Made by a program: the position numbers and the translations under genes
DNA from: Deltaproteobacteria bacterium
GTDB taxonomy: Bacteria; Desulfobacterota; Desulfobaccia; Desulfobaccales; 0-14-0-80-60-11
Reading direction: 5' to 3'
Length of the DNA stretch: 64,000 bases
Assembly: GCA_003599195.1 (NCBI GenBank)
Contig: QZIZ01000066.1
Span: 1,961-65,960 of the forward strand
Notes under the pieces: model-generated
What the model was told of the DNA's origin: nothing
The model's input: the letters and a program-made list of their open reading frames with translations, nothing else
The model's database searches: none
Shown: positions 47,677 through 56,642 of the stretch, in pieces
Layout of the letters: every line of letters begins with the position of its first letter
How positions within the stretch are numbered: position 1 is the first letter of the stretch

Positions 47677-49986
47677 TTGCGTGGGACAAATCCGTCCATG
47701 AATAGTCCATCCATCGGTAATGATATGGGAAATTCCAGGCAACCGTGGCCGTCGCTGCTTTTCGGCTTCCTTTCCGTCCTGCTGTGGCTGATGGTCCTGC
47801 TTTTCCCGGGCCCGGCCGCTGCGGCCGCCAAAGCCCCGGATGCCTCGCCGCCGGTCCTGGTGGGCAGCGAATTGGATTTTCCCCCCTATGCCATGGTTGA
47901 TAAAAACGGGCAGCCGGAAGGATTCTCCATCGACCTGATCAAGGCCGTGGCCGAGGCCATGGGCCTGACCATCAAGATCTCCACCGGGCCTTGGGACACG
48001 GTGTGGAACGATCTGGCGGCGGGCCGGCTCGATGTGCTGCCCATCGTCGCCAAGTCTCCCGAGCGCCAACGCCTGGTGGATTTCAGCCTGCCGCATACCG
48101 AGACTTACGACGCCTTCTTCGTGCGCCGGGGCGATCCGCCAATCCCGAATATCGATGCCGCTCGGGGCAAAGAGATCGTGGTCATGCGCTCCGACGCCGC
48201 GCATCACCAACTGCTGGCGCGGCATTTCCAGGGCCGTATTATTCCGGTGGACACGATACCGGCCGGATTGGCGCTCCTTTCCTCCGGCATGCATGACGCC
48301 TTCCTTTGCTCGAAGTTGATCGGCACCATGGTGATAAAGGAGCATGGGCTGAAGAACCTCACCGCGGGGCCTCCCATTCCGGACTATAAGCGCGTCTTTT
48401 CCTTCGCGGTGAAAAAGGGGGACGCCGAACTCCTGGAAAAGCTGAATCAGGGATTGCTGATCATCAAAACCAACCGGGAATATGACCGGATATACCAGAA
48501 ATGGCTCATGGCGGATGATCCCTGGCGGAGATTGGAGAAATACCTCTGGCCCGCAATTAATATAGCCGCGGCCGCCGCCCTGATTGGCGGCGCCTGGCTG
48601 GTGCTGCTCCAAATCCTGGTCAAGAGACGCACCCGGGAACTGCGCCTGGCCCAGGAGGGGCTCGAGGAAAGGGTGGCGCGGCGCACCGCGCAACTGGCCC
48701 AGGCCAATACGGCCCTGCAAACCGAGATTGCCGAACGTATTCAAGCCGAGGAGGCCCTGAAACGCCAGCACGCGGTCCTGGCCGGGATAAACCGGGTCTT
48801 TAGAGAATCGCTTACCTGCACAAATGAGGAACAATTGGGAGAGACCTGCCTGGACGCGGCCGAGAAGCTCACCGGCAGCAAGTTCGGCTTCATCGGCGAA
48901 CTGAATCCGGAAGGCAGACTGGACGACCTGGCCATCTGCTATTCCGGCTGGGCAGCCTGCAAAATCCCGGGATCGGAAGAACTGGTCTTGCCTAAAAATC
49001 TGCACGTGCACGGTATCTACGGCGTCTGCCTCCGGGAAGGGCGCTCCGAGATCGCCAATGACCCGGCCTCCCATCCCGACCGCGTCGGCGTGCCCGAGGG
49101 GCATCCGCCCCTCACCTCCTTTCTTGGGGTGCCGTTAAAGCACGGCGGGAAGACGATAGGCATGATCGGCCTGGCCAATAAAGAGGGCGGCTATACCCTG
49201 GCCGACCAGGAGGCCGTGGAGGCCCTTTCGGTGGCCATGGTAGAGGCCTTCATGCGTCAGCGGGCCGAAAAGGACCTGCAGAAACGCACCACACAATTAG
49301 AGGCCGCCAATAAAGAATTGGAAGCCTTCTCCTATTCCGTATCCCACGACCTCAAAACCCCGGTCAGGGCCATCGAAGGCTTCTCCCGGATGCTGGCCGC
49401 GGATCATGCCCGGCAACTGGATGAGGAAGGGCTCAGGTTCCTTAACGTCATCTGCAGCAATACCCGGCTCATGGCCCAGCTCATCGACGATCTGCTGGCT
49501 CTGTCGAGGCTGGGCCGCCAGCAGGTCAGGAAGTCGGCGGTCGACCTGGGAGACTTAACCCGCCGCCTCTTCCAGGAGCTCCGGGACCAGGCCCCGGAGA
49601 GGGATATCCGGCTGGAGATGGGAGATCTGCCCCCGGCCTTTGCCGATCCCAACCTGCTGGCCATGGTGCTGACCAACCTCCTGGCCAATGCCATTAAATA
49701 CACCAGGTCCAGGGAGACCGCGGTCATTGAAGTGGGCGCCCGGACGGAGAACCAGGAAACCGTTTATTATGTCAAGGATAACGGCGTCGGTTTTGATGAC
49801 CGCTATGTGGACAAGCTGTTCGGGGTCTTCCAGCGCCTGCATCGGGGGGATGAATACGAAGGCACCGGGGTGGGCCTGGCCATTGTCAAGCGCATCGTGG
49901 ACATGCACGGCGGCCGGGTGTGGGCCGAAGGCAAGGTCGACGGCGGCGCCGCCTTTTACTTTACCCTGCCCCCAGATGGGAAGTGA
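47677..49986 (+). CDS. hybrid-architecture sensor histidine kinase: periplasmic family-3 solute-binding domain, TM, coiled coil, GAF, HisKA, HATPase
   Basis: 'SELDFPPYAMVDKNGQPEGFSIDLIKAVAEAMGL' (SBP_bac_3-like). TM 'INIAAAAALIGGAWLVLLQILV'. GAF-like 'GVPLKHGGKTIGMIGLANKEGGY'. H-box 'SVSHDLKTPVRAIEGF', 'NAIKYT', 'DNGVGFD', 'GTGVGLAIVKRIVDMHGG'. The start is ambiguous (TTG 47677, ATG 47698 or 47725). Confidence 0.9.
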   Translation: MRGTNPSMNSPSIGNDMGNSRQPWPSLLFGFLSVLLWLMVLLFPGPAAAAAKAPDASPPVLVGSELDFPPYAMVDKNGQPEGFSIDLIKAVAEAMGLTIKISTGPWDTVWNDLAAGRLDVLPIVAKSPERQRLVDFSLPHTETYDAFFVRRGDPPIPNIDAARGKEIVVMRSDAAHHQLLARHFQGRIIPVDTIPAGLALLSSGMHDAFLCSKLIGTMVIKEHGLKNLTAGPPIPDYKRVFSFAVKKGDAELLEKLNQGLLIIKTNREYDRIYQKWLMADDPWRRLEKYLWPAINIAAAAALIGGAWLVLLQILVKRRTRELRLAQEGLEERVARRTAQLAQANTALQTEIAERIQAEEALKRQHAVLAGINRVFRESLTCTNEEQLGETCLDAAEKLTGSKFGFIGELNPEGRLDDLAICYSGWAACKIPGSEELVLPKNLHVHGIYGVCLREGRSEIANDPASHPDRVGVPEGHPPLTSFLGVPLKHGGKTIGMIGLANKEGGYTLADQEAVEALSVAMVEAFMRQRAEKDLQKRTTQLEAANKELEAFSYSVSHDLKTPVRAIEGFSRMLAADHARQLDEEGLRFLNVICSNTRLMAQLIDDLLALSRLGRQQVRKSAVDLGDLTRRLFQELRDQAPERDIRLEMGDLPPAFADPNLLAMVLTNLLANAIKYTRSRETAVIEVGARTENQETVYYVKDNGVGFDDRYVDKLFGVFQRLHRGDEYEGTGVGLAIVKRIVDMHGGRVWAEGKVDGGAAFYFTLPPDGK

Positions 49987-50024
49987 GGCCGTTTTTCGTT
50001 CTACGAGCCTTTTGTAAAAGTCTG

Positions 50025-50087
50025 TTCTCTGCGCTCTCTGCGTCTCTGCGGTAAATTCTTCTTTTTTTACCGCGGAGACGCAGAGAA
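50025..50087. terminator. CTCTGCG-word hairpin between convergent genes
   Basis: ttctctgcgctctctgcgtctctgcggtaaa pairs with ttaccgcggagacgcagagaa across a T-rich loop. Confidence 0.6.
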
Positions 50088-50094
50088 ATCCCGG

Positions 50095-50685
50095 TTATTG
50101 ATTGGGGTTGGAGACCACGCAATAGCTGGAATCCTCTCCATTGTAACAGGCCTGGTAGTAGTTGCCGTTGTCGTAGTAGTAAGTCTGATTGTTGACCACC
50201 ATGGGTTGGGCGGAGGAGGACAAAGCGCCCACCACCGTGCCTACGGCCAACCCCGCGGCCGCGCCGGCGGCCACGCCGCCCCAGCCCCAGCCGGGACCAT
50301 AGTATCCGCCCCAACCGCCGCCGCCGTAGACGTTGACGTTGCGGTTGTAGTTGACGTTGCGGTTGTAGTCGTGGTTATGCCAGTCCGGGTGATGATCCGG
50401 TCCCGGGTGCGGGCCGGGGTGGGGACCGGGCTCAGGCCGGGGGCCGGGTTCGGGACGCCGTCCACCTTCCCATCCCCCCTCATGCCGGAAACTGCCGCCG
50501 CCGAAACCGTCGCCCCGGCCGTAACCGCCCCCGTGGAAACCGCCGCCTCCATGAAAGCCACCGCCCCCATGAAAGCCACCCCCGCCGCCCCGGGCTTGCA
50601 CTTCCTGGGTGATCACGGGAAAGCCCGTCATTAACAAAACCATTAATCCCACCGTCAGCAAACGGCTGAAATGCGCAATCCTCAT
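50095..50685 (-). CDS. secreted Gly/His/Pro-rich repeat protein
   Basis: Signal peptide, then (GGGGFH)x3, 'PEPGPRPEPGPHPGPHPGP', 'NRNVNYNRNVNV', the Gly-zipper-like 'GGVAAGAAAGLAVGTVVGAL' and a Tyr/Cys-rich tail. ATGA overlap with the upstream gene. Confidence 0.65.
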   Translation of the reverse strand: MRIAHFSRLLTVGLMVLLMTGFPVITQEVQARGGGGGFHGGGGFHGGGGFHGGGYGRGDGFGGGSFRHEGGWEGGRRPEPGPRPEPGPHPGPHPGPDHHPDWHNHDYNRNVNYNRNVNVYGGGGWGGYYGPGWGWGGVAAGAAAGLAVGTVVGALSSSAQPMVVNNQTYYYDNGNYYQACYNGEDSSYCVVSNPNQ

Positions 50686-51554
50686 GATTTGCCTCCCTTC
50701 TTCTTCGGCTTCACCTTCTTGGGCGCCGGCTTATCGCTTGCTTTCACCGGCAAAAACTTGATCTTCTGGGCCCCGGGCGGCGGCGAGAAAGTGAAGAAGT
50801 TGTCCGCAAATACCGGGGAGAAGTTCCAATCGGAGAGATACGCGGTCCATTGGGGGGAGCCGGGCAGTTTCTTCTGGGTTATGACGATCTTCCGCACCAC
50901 CGGCTTATCCCCGGCTTCGATCCAGAGCTGATAATGGATATCCTTCCGGTCGAAGGCCAGATGGTGGCAGGGGACCCCCCTGACCTTGTGCAGGCCGACG
51001 TAGAGGGAGAGATCAACGTTCTTGCCGGCGCGGTCGCAGAGTTTGGCGCCTCCCAGCTCGGCCAGCCCCACCTTCAAGCCGTGATCCTTAAAGGCCTTCT
51101 CCAGGGCCGCGTCGAGATCTCCGGCCGCCTCGATGACGCCGTAATGGTTCTTATATTTATCATACAGGGTGAGGGTCTTGCCGTCGAACATCAGCAGCTT
51201 GGCCTCCAGGTCGCCGTCCCCGTCCAGCCGCACCCTGTCGGGACGCTTGAAGGAGGCGGTGATCTCCTGGCCGAACTGCAGCTTTTTGCCGCCCTGATAG
51301 ACCCGGTCGTTGGCGATCTCGGCCTTGAAAGAGAATTGGGATTGGTTTTTGAGAAATTCGCAGCTCTTGGCGAGCAGGGCCTTGGGGTCGGGTATCTGCT
51401 CCTTGGCCGCGGGAACTGACGGGGCCGCGGGCGCCGCGGGCGCCGCGGCCTTGGCAGGCTGCTCCGGCTTCTTCTCCTGTCCGAAAGCGGCCGGAGCTAC
51501 AACCAAAATACAGACCGCGAGCAGACACAGCCCCCAGGAAATCTTTTTGCCCAT
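50682..51554 (-). CDS. periplasmic DUF2092 (LolA-like fold) protein
   Basis: AAGGAGGG SD before the ATG at 51554 and a signal peptide. 'GGKKLQFGQEITASFKRPDRVRLDGDGDLEAKLLMFDGKTLTLYDKYKNHYG' matches the DUF2092 pattern as I recall it. Confidence 0.75.
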   Translation of the reverse strand: MGKKISWGLCLLAVCILVVAPAAFGQEKKPEQPAKAAAPAAPAAPSVPAAKEQIPDPKALLAKSCEFLKNQSQFSFKAEIANDRVYQGGKKLQFGQEITASFKRPDRVRLDGDGDLEAKLLMFDGKTLTLYDKYKNHYGVIEAAGDLDAALEKAFKDHGLKVGLAELGGAKLCDRAGKNVDLSLYVGLHKVRGVPCHHLAFDRKDIHYQLWIEAGDKPVVRKIVITQKKLPGSPQWTAYLSDWNFSPVFADNFFTFSPPPGAQKIKFLPVKASDKPAPKKVKPKKKGGKS

Positions 51555-51803
51555 ATTTTCCCTCCTTATGGGTGCGCAACCATGAATTAAAGAATCGGCG
51601 GGCAACGCCCGTTACTTAACTGATCGCACCTTCCTTGATGGATCCCTAAAATTAATTTGAATCCGGAAATCGATCTGCGTATTATATCGAAATATTTTCC
51701 TAAAAGTTCAAATAATTTAGGGATGCAAATTAAAATGGGAGCAGCATGCATCGATATTTTTCCAAAGGATTAGTGATGTATTCCGGTTAATGGAGGCTTA
51801 TTC

Positions 51804-52889
51804 ATGAAAAGATTTATTTCCCGGTTATGCTGCCTCTCTCTCATTCTGGGGCTGGCGCAGGCCCCGGAGGCCTGCACCAGCATCCGCATCAAAACCGCGG
51901 ACGGCCTGGTCTTTTACGCCCGCACCATGGAGGGGGCCATGGATTTTAAAAGCCAGGTGACGATTATTGCCAAGGGGACTGCCTTTCAAGGCACCCTGCC
52001 GGACAATACCCCCAAAGGCATGAAATGGACCGCCAAATACGGGGTGGCGGGCATGAACGCTTACGGCCAGCCGCTCCTAACTGACGGGATCAATGAGATG
52101 GGCCTGGCGGTGGGCAACCTGATGTTCCCCGGTTACGCCGAGTACCAGCCATTCGAGCCGGGTCAGGCCAACGCCACCCTGGCGCAGTATGAGGTGGCCA
52201 CCTGGCTGCTGTCCAGCTTTGCCACCGCGGCGGAGGTCCGCCAGGCCATGAGCAAAGTAAGAGTGGTCCAGGGCCCCAAGGACGTGGCCGGCATCATGCC
52301 CCTGCATTTTTGCGTACACGACGCCCAGGGGAATTCCCTGGTCATCGAATACGTCAAGGGCAAGCTGCACATCTACGACAACCCCTTGGGAGTCATGACC
52401 AATTCTCCCGCCTTCGACTGGATGACCACCTATCTATGTAATTTCGTGAACCTTTCGGCCACCAACGTGCCCCAATTGGACCTGAAGGGATTCACCCTGC
52501 ACCAATTCGGCCAAGGCTCGGGGATGGTGGGTCTGCCGGGGGACTACTCCCCGCCTTCCCGTTTTGTGCGGATGGTGGCCCTGACCCAGGCGGCCCTGCC
52601 GGTCAAGGGCGCGGCCGCGGGTTTGAACCTGGCCATGACCGTCATCAATAACGTGGATATCCCCAAGGGCGCGGTGCGGGACCAGGAGGAAAAGAGGGTA
52701 ATGTACGATATCACCCAATGGGCGGTGGCCGCGGATTTGGCGGCAAAGAAATACTATTTCCACACTTACGCCAACAAGAACTGGCGCTACGTGGATCTGC
52801 CCAAGGCGCTGAAAACCGCCAAAGGGATCCAATACCTCCCCCTGGAGGTCCCGGCAGCCTACCCGGAGGTCAGCGTCCAGGCCAAGTAG
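51804..52889 (+). CDS. choloylglycine hydrolase-family Ntn hydrolase (linear amide C-N hydrolase)
   Basis: Signal peptide ending '...APEA|CTSIRIK', which exposes the N-terminal nucleophile Cys. Length and blocks are typical of the penicillin V acylase / bile salt hydrolase family. Confidence 0.85.
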   Translation: MKRFISRLCCLSLILGLAQAPEACTSIRIKTADGLVFYARTMEGAMDFKSQVTIIAKGTAFQGTLPDNTPKGMKWTAKYGVAGMNAYGQPLLTDGINEMGLAVGNLMFPGYAEYQPFEPGQANATLAQYEVATWLLSSFATAAEVRQAMSKVRVVQGPKDVAGIMPLHFCVHDAQGNSLVIEYVKGKLHIYDNPLGVMTNSPAFDWMTTYLCNFVNLSATNVPQLDLKGFTLHQFGQGSGMVGLPGDYSPPSRFVRMVALTQAALPVKGAAAGLNLAMTVINNVDIPKGAVRDQEEKRVMYDITQWAVAADLAAKKYYFHTYANKNWRYVDLPKALKTAKGIQYLPLEVPAAYPEVSVQAK

Positions 52890-52924
52890 TATCGCTTTCT
52901 GTTTTCGGCCAGGCGGACGTCTAG

Positions 52925-53070
52925 GGGACGCCGGAGCCCGGTAAATACGCGGATCTGACCGTGCTTTCGGAAGACATCTGCACCATGCCCAAGGAGGGCA
53001 TCAAAGACGTCAAGGCCTTGAAGACCCTCGCGGGCGGAGGGTGGTGTACGAGGCGAACCAGCATTACGGA
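52925..53070 (+). pseudogene. remnant of the C-terminus of an amidohydrolase-family gene, with a frameshift
   Basis: In frame after a TAG: 'GTPEPGKYADLTVLSEDICTMPKEGIKDVKALKTLAGG'. The expected continuation 'VVYEANQ' is only readable after a shift into the +2 frame. No upstream body of the gene is present. Confidence 0.55.
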
Positions 53071-53175
53071 GTCAGAGCATTTGCGGGCCTCGCGCCCCCC
53101 TCACCCTGCCCTCTCCCCCCTCCGGGGGGGAGAGGGAAATTCCTGGCATATCCGTAAGATACAACCTTATGGTTA

Positions 53176-54216
53176 ATGGCCGACCCCCAGAAGGAAAGGG
53201 CAATGCTTAGCATACCTATAAAGCATCAACGGAAAAAGATTAGCCGGCGACGACAGGTGGCTTTCACTACCCTGGCGTTTATCATCTCCGCATTGAGCCT
53301 GATTGCCCCGGTTAAAGCCGCGGAGTTCGGCATCGGCGTTTATATGTTGGGCTATCAAAGCTCCATGGCCGGTTACCTGCCCGAGCCCGGGTTTTATCTC
53401 CGCAACGATTTTTACGCTTATCAGGGAAATGCCCGCATCCTCCCCTTTTCCGGCCGGGTGGAGGTGGGCCTGCGCAGCCGCACCGTCATGGATCTGGTGG
53501 CCGGCACCTATGTAACTCCCCTGAAAATCTTCGGGGCCAATTACGCCCTGGGGCTGATCTGGTCTTCGGTGACCAATACCTTTTTAAAGGGAACGCTGAC
53601 CTTCGATACCAGGTTCCCAAGGCTCAACCAGTTCCTCAATAAGCGCTTCGGGGGCAGCGAAGAAGGCAGCTATACCGGGGTCTCGGATTTGTTGATCACC
53701 CCCATCAATCTCGGCTGGCACCTGGGCCGGTTTCATATCATGACCTTCTTTAACTTATACGCGCCGGTGGGTTCCTATAACGCCGAGCGGCGGCTGAATA
53801 CGGGCCTGGGCCGCTGGGCCCTGGAGCCCAACGTGGCGGTCACCTGGCTGCACCCCAAATACGGCCAGGAAGTCTCAATTTCCATGGGCTGGACTTTTAA
53901 CGTCCAGAATCCCGCCACCCGATACACCACCGGCCAGGAATTCCATATGGAGTACTTTGTGGGCCAGCACCTGCCCCTGGGCTTCACCCTGGGTTTGGCC
54001 GGCTATATCTACAACCAGATGACTGCGGACACCGGTTCCGGCGCCACCCTGGGCGCGTTTCACGGCCAGACCATCGCCCTGGGCCCCTGCCTCGCCTTCA
54101 ACGGCAAGATGGCCGGACACCCTATCGGCCTGAATGCCAGATATTACAACGAACTGAAGGTCAAGAACCGCTTCGACGGCCAGGCGGCTTACCTGACCTT
54201 TACCCTGGGGCTTTAA
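53176..54216 (+). CDS. outer-membrane beta-barrel protein (MetA-pathway/phenol-degradation-like transporter family, tentative)
   Basis: Signal-like 'FTTLAFIISALSLIAPVKA', 'LPEPGFYLRNDFYAYQG', alternating beta-strand pattern. The start is 53176 or 53203. Confidence 0.7.
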   Translation: MADPQKERAMLSIPIKHQRKKISRRRQVAFTTLAFIISALSLIAPVKAAEFGIGVYMLGYQSSMAGYLPEPGFYLRNDFYAYQGNARILPFSGRVEVGLRSRTVMDLVAGTYVTPLKIFGANYALGLIWSSVTNTFLKGTLTFDTRFPRLNQFLNKRFGGSEEGSYTGVSDLLITPINLGWHLGRFHIMTFFNLYAPVGSYNAERRLNTGLGRWALEPNVAVTWLHPKYGQEVSISMGWTFNVQNPATRYTTGQEFHMEYFVGQHLPLGFTLGLAGYIYNQMTADTGSGATLGAFHGQTIALGPCLAFNGKMAGHPIGLNARYYNELKVKNRFDGQAAYLTFTLGL

Positions 54217-54532
54217 GGAGAGTTCCGGATTCCTGGTTCCAAGTTAAAGGAAACCGTGGGAATGATACCGGTGTTCCCGTCAAGCGTTGCTGGGCGAACA
54301 CAAGGTTCGACCCTATGGAGGATATCCGTTTGATTGCGAAATATGCGAACGAAAATAGGATATTAAATCTGGCGGTATTTAAATATCCTCATTCGCATAC
54401 CGATAAGTACATTAGTCCGTAAATTAGTCCCGCCAAGGACCGGCCGGCAGCCAATTACTAAGGAATATTAGCCATTTTCCCAAAATCGCCATTACTTAGA
54501 GGTGATAGGAGCAAATCCTTGGATAGAAGTCT

Positions 54533-55951
54533 TTGAACCGGAAAGCGCTATTCCTCTGGTTTGCATTGCTCTTCCTTCATTTGCCCGCCTATGCCGCGGT
54601 TTACGAAGTAGGGCCGGGCAAACCTTACGTAAACATCGGCGACGTCCCTTGGGAAAGCATGGCCCCCGGGGATCAGGTGCTGATCCATTGGCGGCCGGAG
54701 CCTTACAAGGAAAAATGGGTCATCGCCGTGGAAGGAACGGAGCAGCAGCCCTGTATCGTCCGGGGGGTGGCCAACGTCAGTGGGGAACTTCCGGTTATCG
54801 ACGGCAATGGCGCCACCACCCGCACCAGCCTCAATTTTTGGAACGAAGACCGGGGTGTCATCAAAATCGGCGGGGCCAATTCACCCGCGGTGGAAACCCC
54901 CCGCTGGCTCGTCGTCGAAAACCTGGATATCCGCAGCGCCAGGCCGCCGCACCAGTTTACCGGACGATACGGGGTCACTAATTACACCAACAACGCCGCT
55001 TCGATGTACGTGGAAAACGGCCAAAACGTGACCATCAGAAACTGCGTTATCCACAATTCGGGGAATGGTCTGTTTGTGTCCGCGGCCTCTCGGAACATCC
55101 TCATCGAGGGCTGCTGGATTTACGATAACGGCATCGAAGGCAGCATCTACCAGCACAATACCTACACGGCCGCCCTGGGCATAGTGTATCAGTTCAACCG
55201 CTTCGGGCCTTTGCGAGCCAACTGCCTGGGCAACAACCTCAAGGACCGGTCAGCCGGTTTAGTGGTCCGGTATAATTGGATCGAAGGCGGCAACCGGCAA
55301 CTAGACCTGGTGGATGCAGAAGACAGCTCGGATCTGGTCAATGATCCCAGCTATCGCCAGACCTTTGTTTACGGCAACATTCTCATCGAACCAGAGGCAG
55401 CGGGTAACAGCCAGATCATCCACTACGGGGGCGACAGCGGCAATGAAAACATCTACCGCAAAGGAACCCTCTATTTCTACCACAATACCGTCGTCTCCAC
55501 CCGGCCCGATAATACCACCCTGCTGCGGCTGTCCACCAACGATGAGACCTGCGACTGCCGGAACAATATTGTCTGGACGGCCGCGTCCGGGGGGCATCTG
55601 GCTCTGCTCAATGCCGCGGGGATGCTCCATCTTAAAAATAACTGGCTGAAAACGGGGTGGGTCAACAGCCACAGCGGCCTCACCGGGACTATTTATAACG
55701 ACGGCGGGAACCTGGGCGGCGACAGCCCGGGGTTTGCAGATGCGGCCGGTCAGGACTTCCATCTGCTTTCCCAATCCCCGTGCGTGGACACCGGCGCGGA
55801 GTTGGCTCCCCAAACCTCCGCGGTAACCCGGCAGTACGTCAAACATCGCGGCTCCGAAGCGCGGCCAGCGGACGGCAAGCCCGACCTGGGAGCTTTTGAA
55901 CTCCCCAAAAGCGTGGGTGCGCTGCCCTCGATCTGGCTCCTTCAGGAGTAG
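54533..55951 (+). CDS. secreted right-handed parallel beta-helix protein (polysaccharide lyase/hydrolase-like)
   Basis: Signal peptide 'ALFLWFALLFLHLPAYA'. PbH1-type repeats 'VTIRNCVIHNSGNGLFV', 'ILIEGCWIYDNG'. C-terminal 'DFHLLSQSPCVDTG'. TTG start. Confidence 0.8.
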   Translation: MNRKALFLWFALLFLHLPAYAAVYEVGPGKPYVNIGDVPWESMAPGDQVLIHWRPEPYKEKWVIAVEGTEQQPCIVRGVANVSGELPVIDGNGATTRTSLNFWNEDRGVIKIGGANSPAVETPRWLVVENLDIRSARPPHQFTGRYGVTNYTNNAASMYVENGQNVTIRNCVIHNSGNGLFVSAASRNILIEGCWIYDNGIEGSIYQHNTYTAALGIVYQFNRFGPLRANCLGNNLKDRSAGLVVRYNWIEGGNRQLDLVDAEDSSDLVNDPSYRQTFVYGNILIEPEAAGNSQIIHYGGDSGNENIYRKGTLYFYHNTVVSTRPDNTTLLRLSTNDETCDCRNNIVWTAASGGHLALLNAAGMLHLKNNWLKTGWVNSHSGLTGTIYNDGGNLGGDSPGFADAAGQDFHLLSQSPCVDTGAELAPQTSAVTRQYVKHRGSEARPADGKPDLGAFELPKSVGALPSIWLLQE

Positions 55952-56133
55952 TGGGAAATCATCGAAGCAAGGATCGTCCGAGACACAACTTGCTGAATTT
56001 ATACCACTATTAACTTTTTTTATTAATTGACATTTCCTTGCCGATGTGTTGTATTGGTAACAAGAGGAATAGTTTGAACTTGTCTTCCAAAGACAACAAT
56101 GTTACTCAAGGAACCACCATTAAGGAGGCGGAT

Positions 56134-56469
56134 ATGAGAACCCGGAAAGCCATGTTTATCTTGTTCATGGTAGGTTGTCTGGCGGCCTTTTCCGCGGTCG
56201 CGGCCCAGGCCGCGTGGATCACGTGCACCGTAGACCAGGTTGGGCCCTCCGGCACCAACGTTGACACCAGCGGCTGCAGAATTTTCCTGACCGCAGTGGA
56301 CCCCGCGGATGCCTGGGTGGGAAGTAAAGAATTCAAAATTTCACCCAACCGGGGCAAAGAATTCCTGGCAGCCGCGCTGACCGCCCTGGCGAGCGGTAAA
56401 CAAGTAAGAGTAAATGTCAACCTGGCCACGGCCATGCCTACGCTTGGAGCGATTTACGTGCAAAAGTAA
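56134..56469 (+). CDS. small secreted protein, unknown function
   Basis: AAGGAGG SD 6 nt before the ATG at 56134. Signal peptide 'MRTRKAMFILFMVGCLAAFSAVAAQA'. Confidence 0.6.
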   Translation: MRTRKAMFILFMVGCLAAFSAVAAQAAWITCTVDQVGPSGTNVDTSGCRIFLTAVDPADAWVGSKEFKISPNRGKEFLAAALTALASGKQVRVNVNLATAMPTLGAIYVQK

Positions 56470-56642
56470 CCGGGATAAAACTTATATCCGGACCGAGACA
56501 GGGAAGCCCTGGATACCCAATTGCCCAATTTGCCTGGGGATCGTGACCCGAGATAACCTCTTCCCGGAAAGGTTAAAGGGCGATGCCGAGGGAGGCAATT
56601 GGGTATTCGCTGTAAGCCAGATGACGGCAAAGAGGAATTCCC

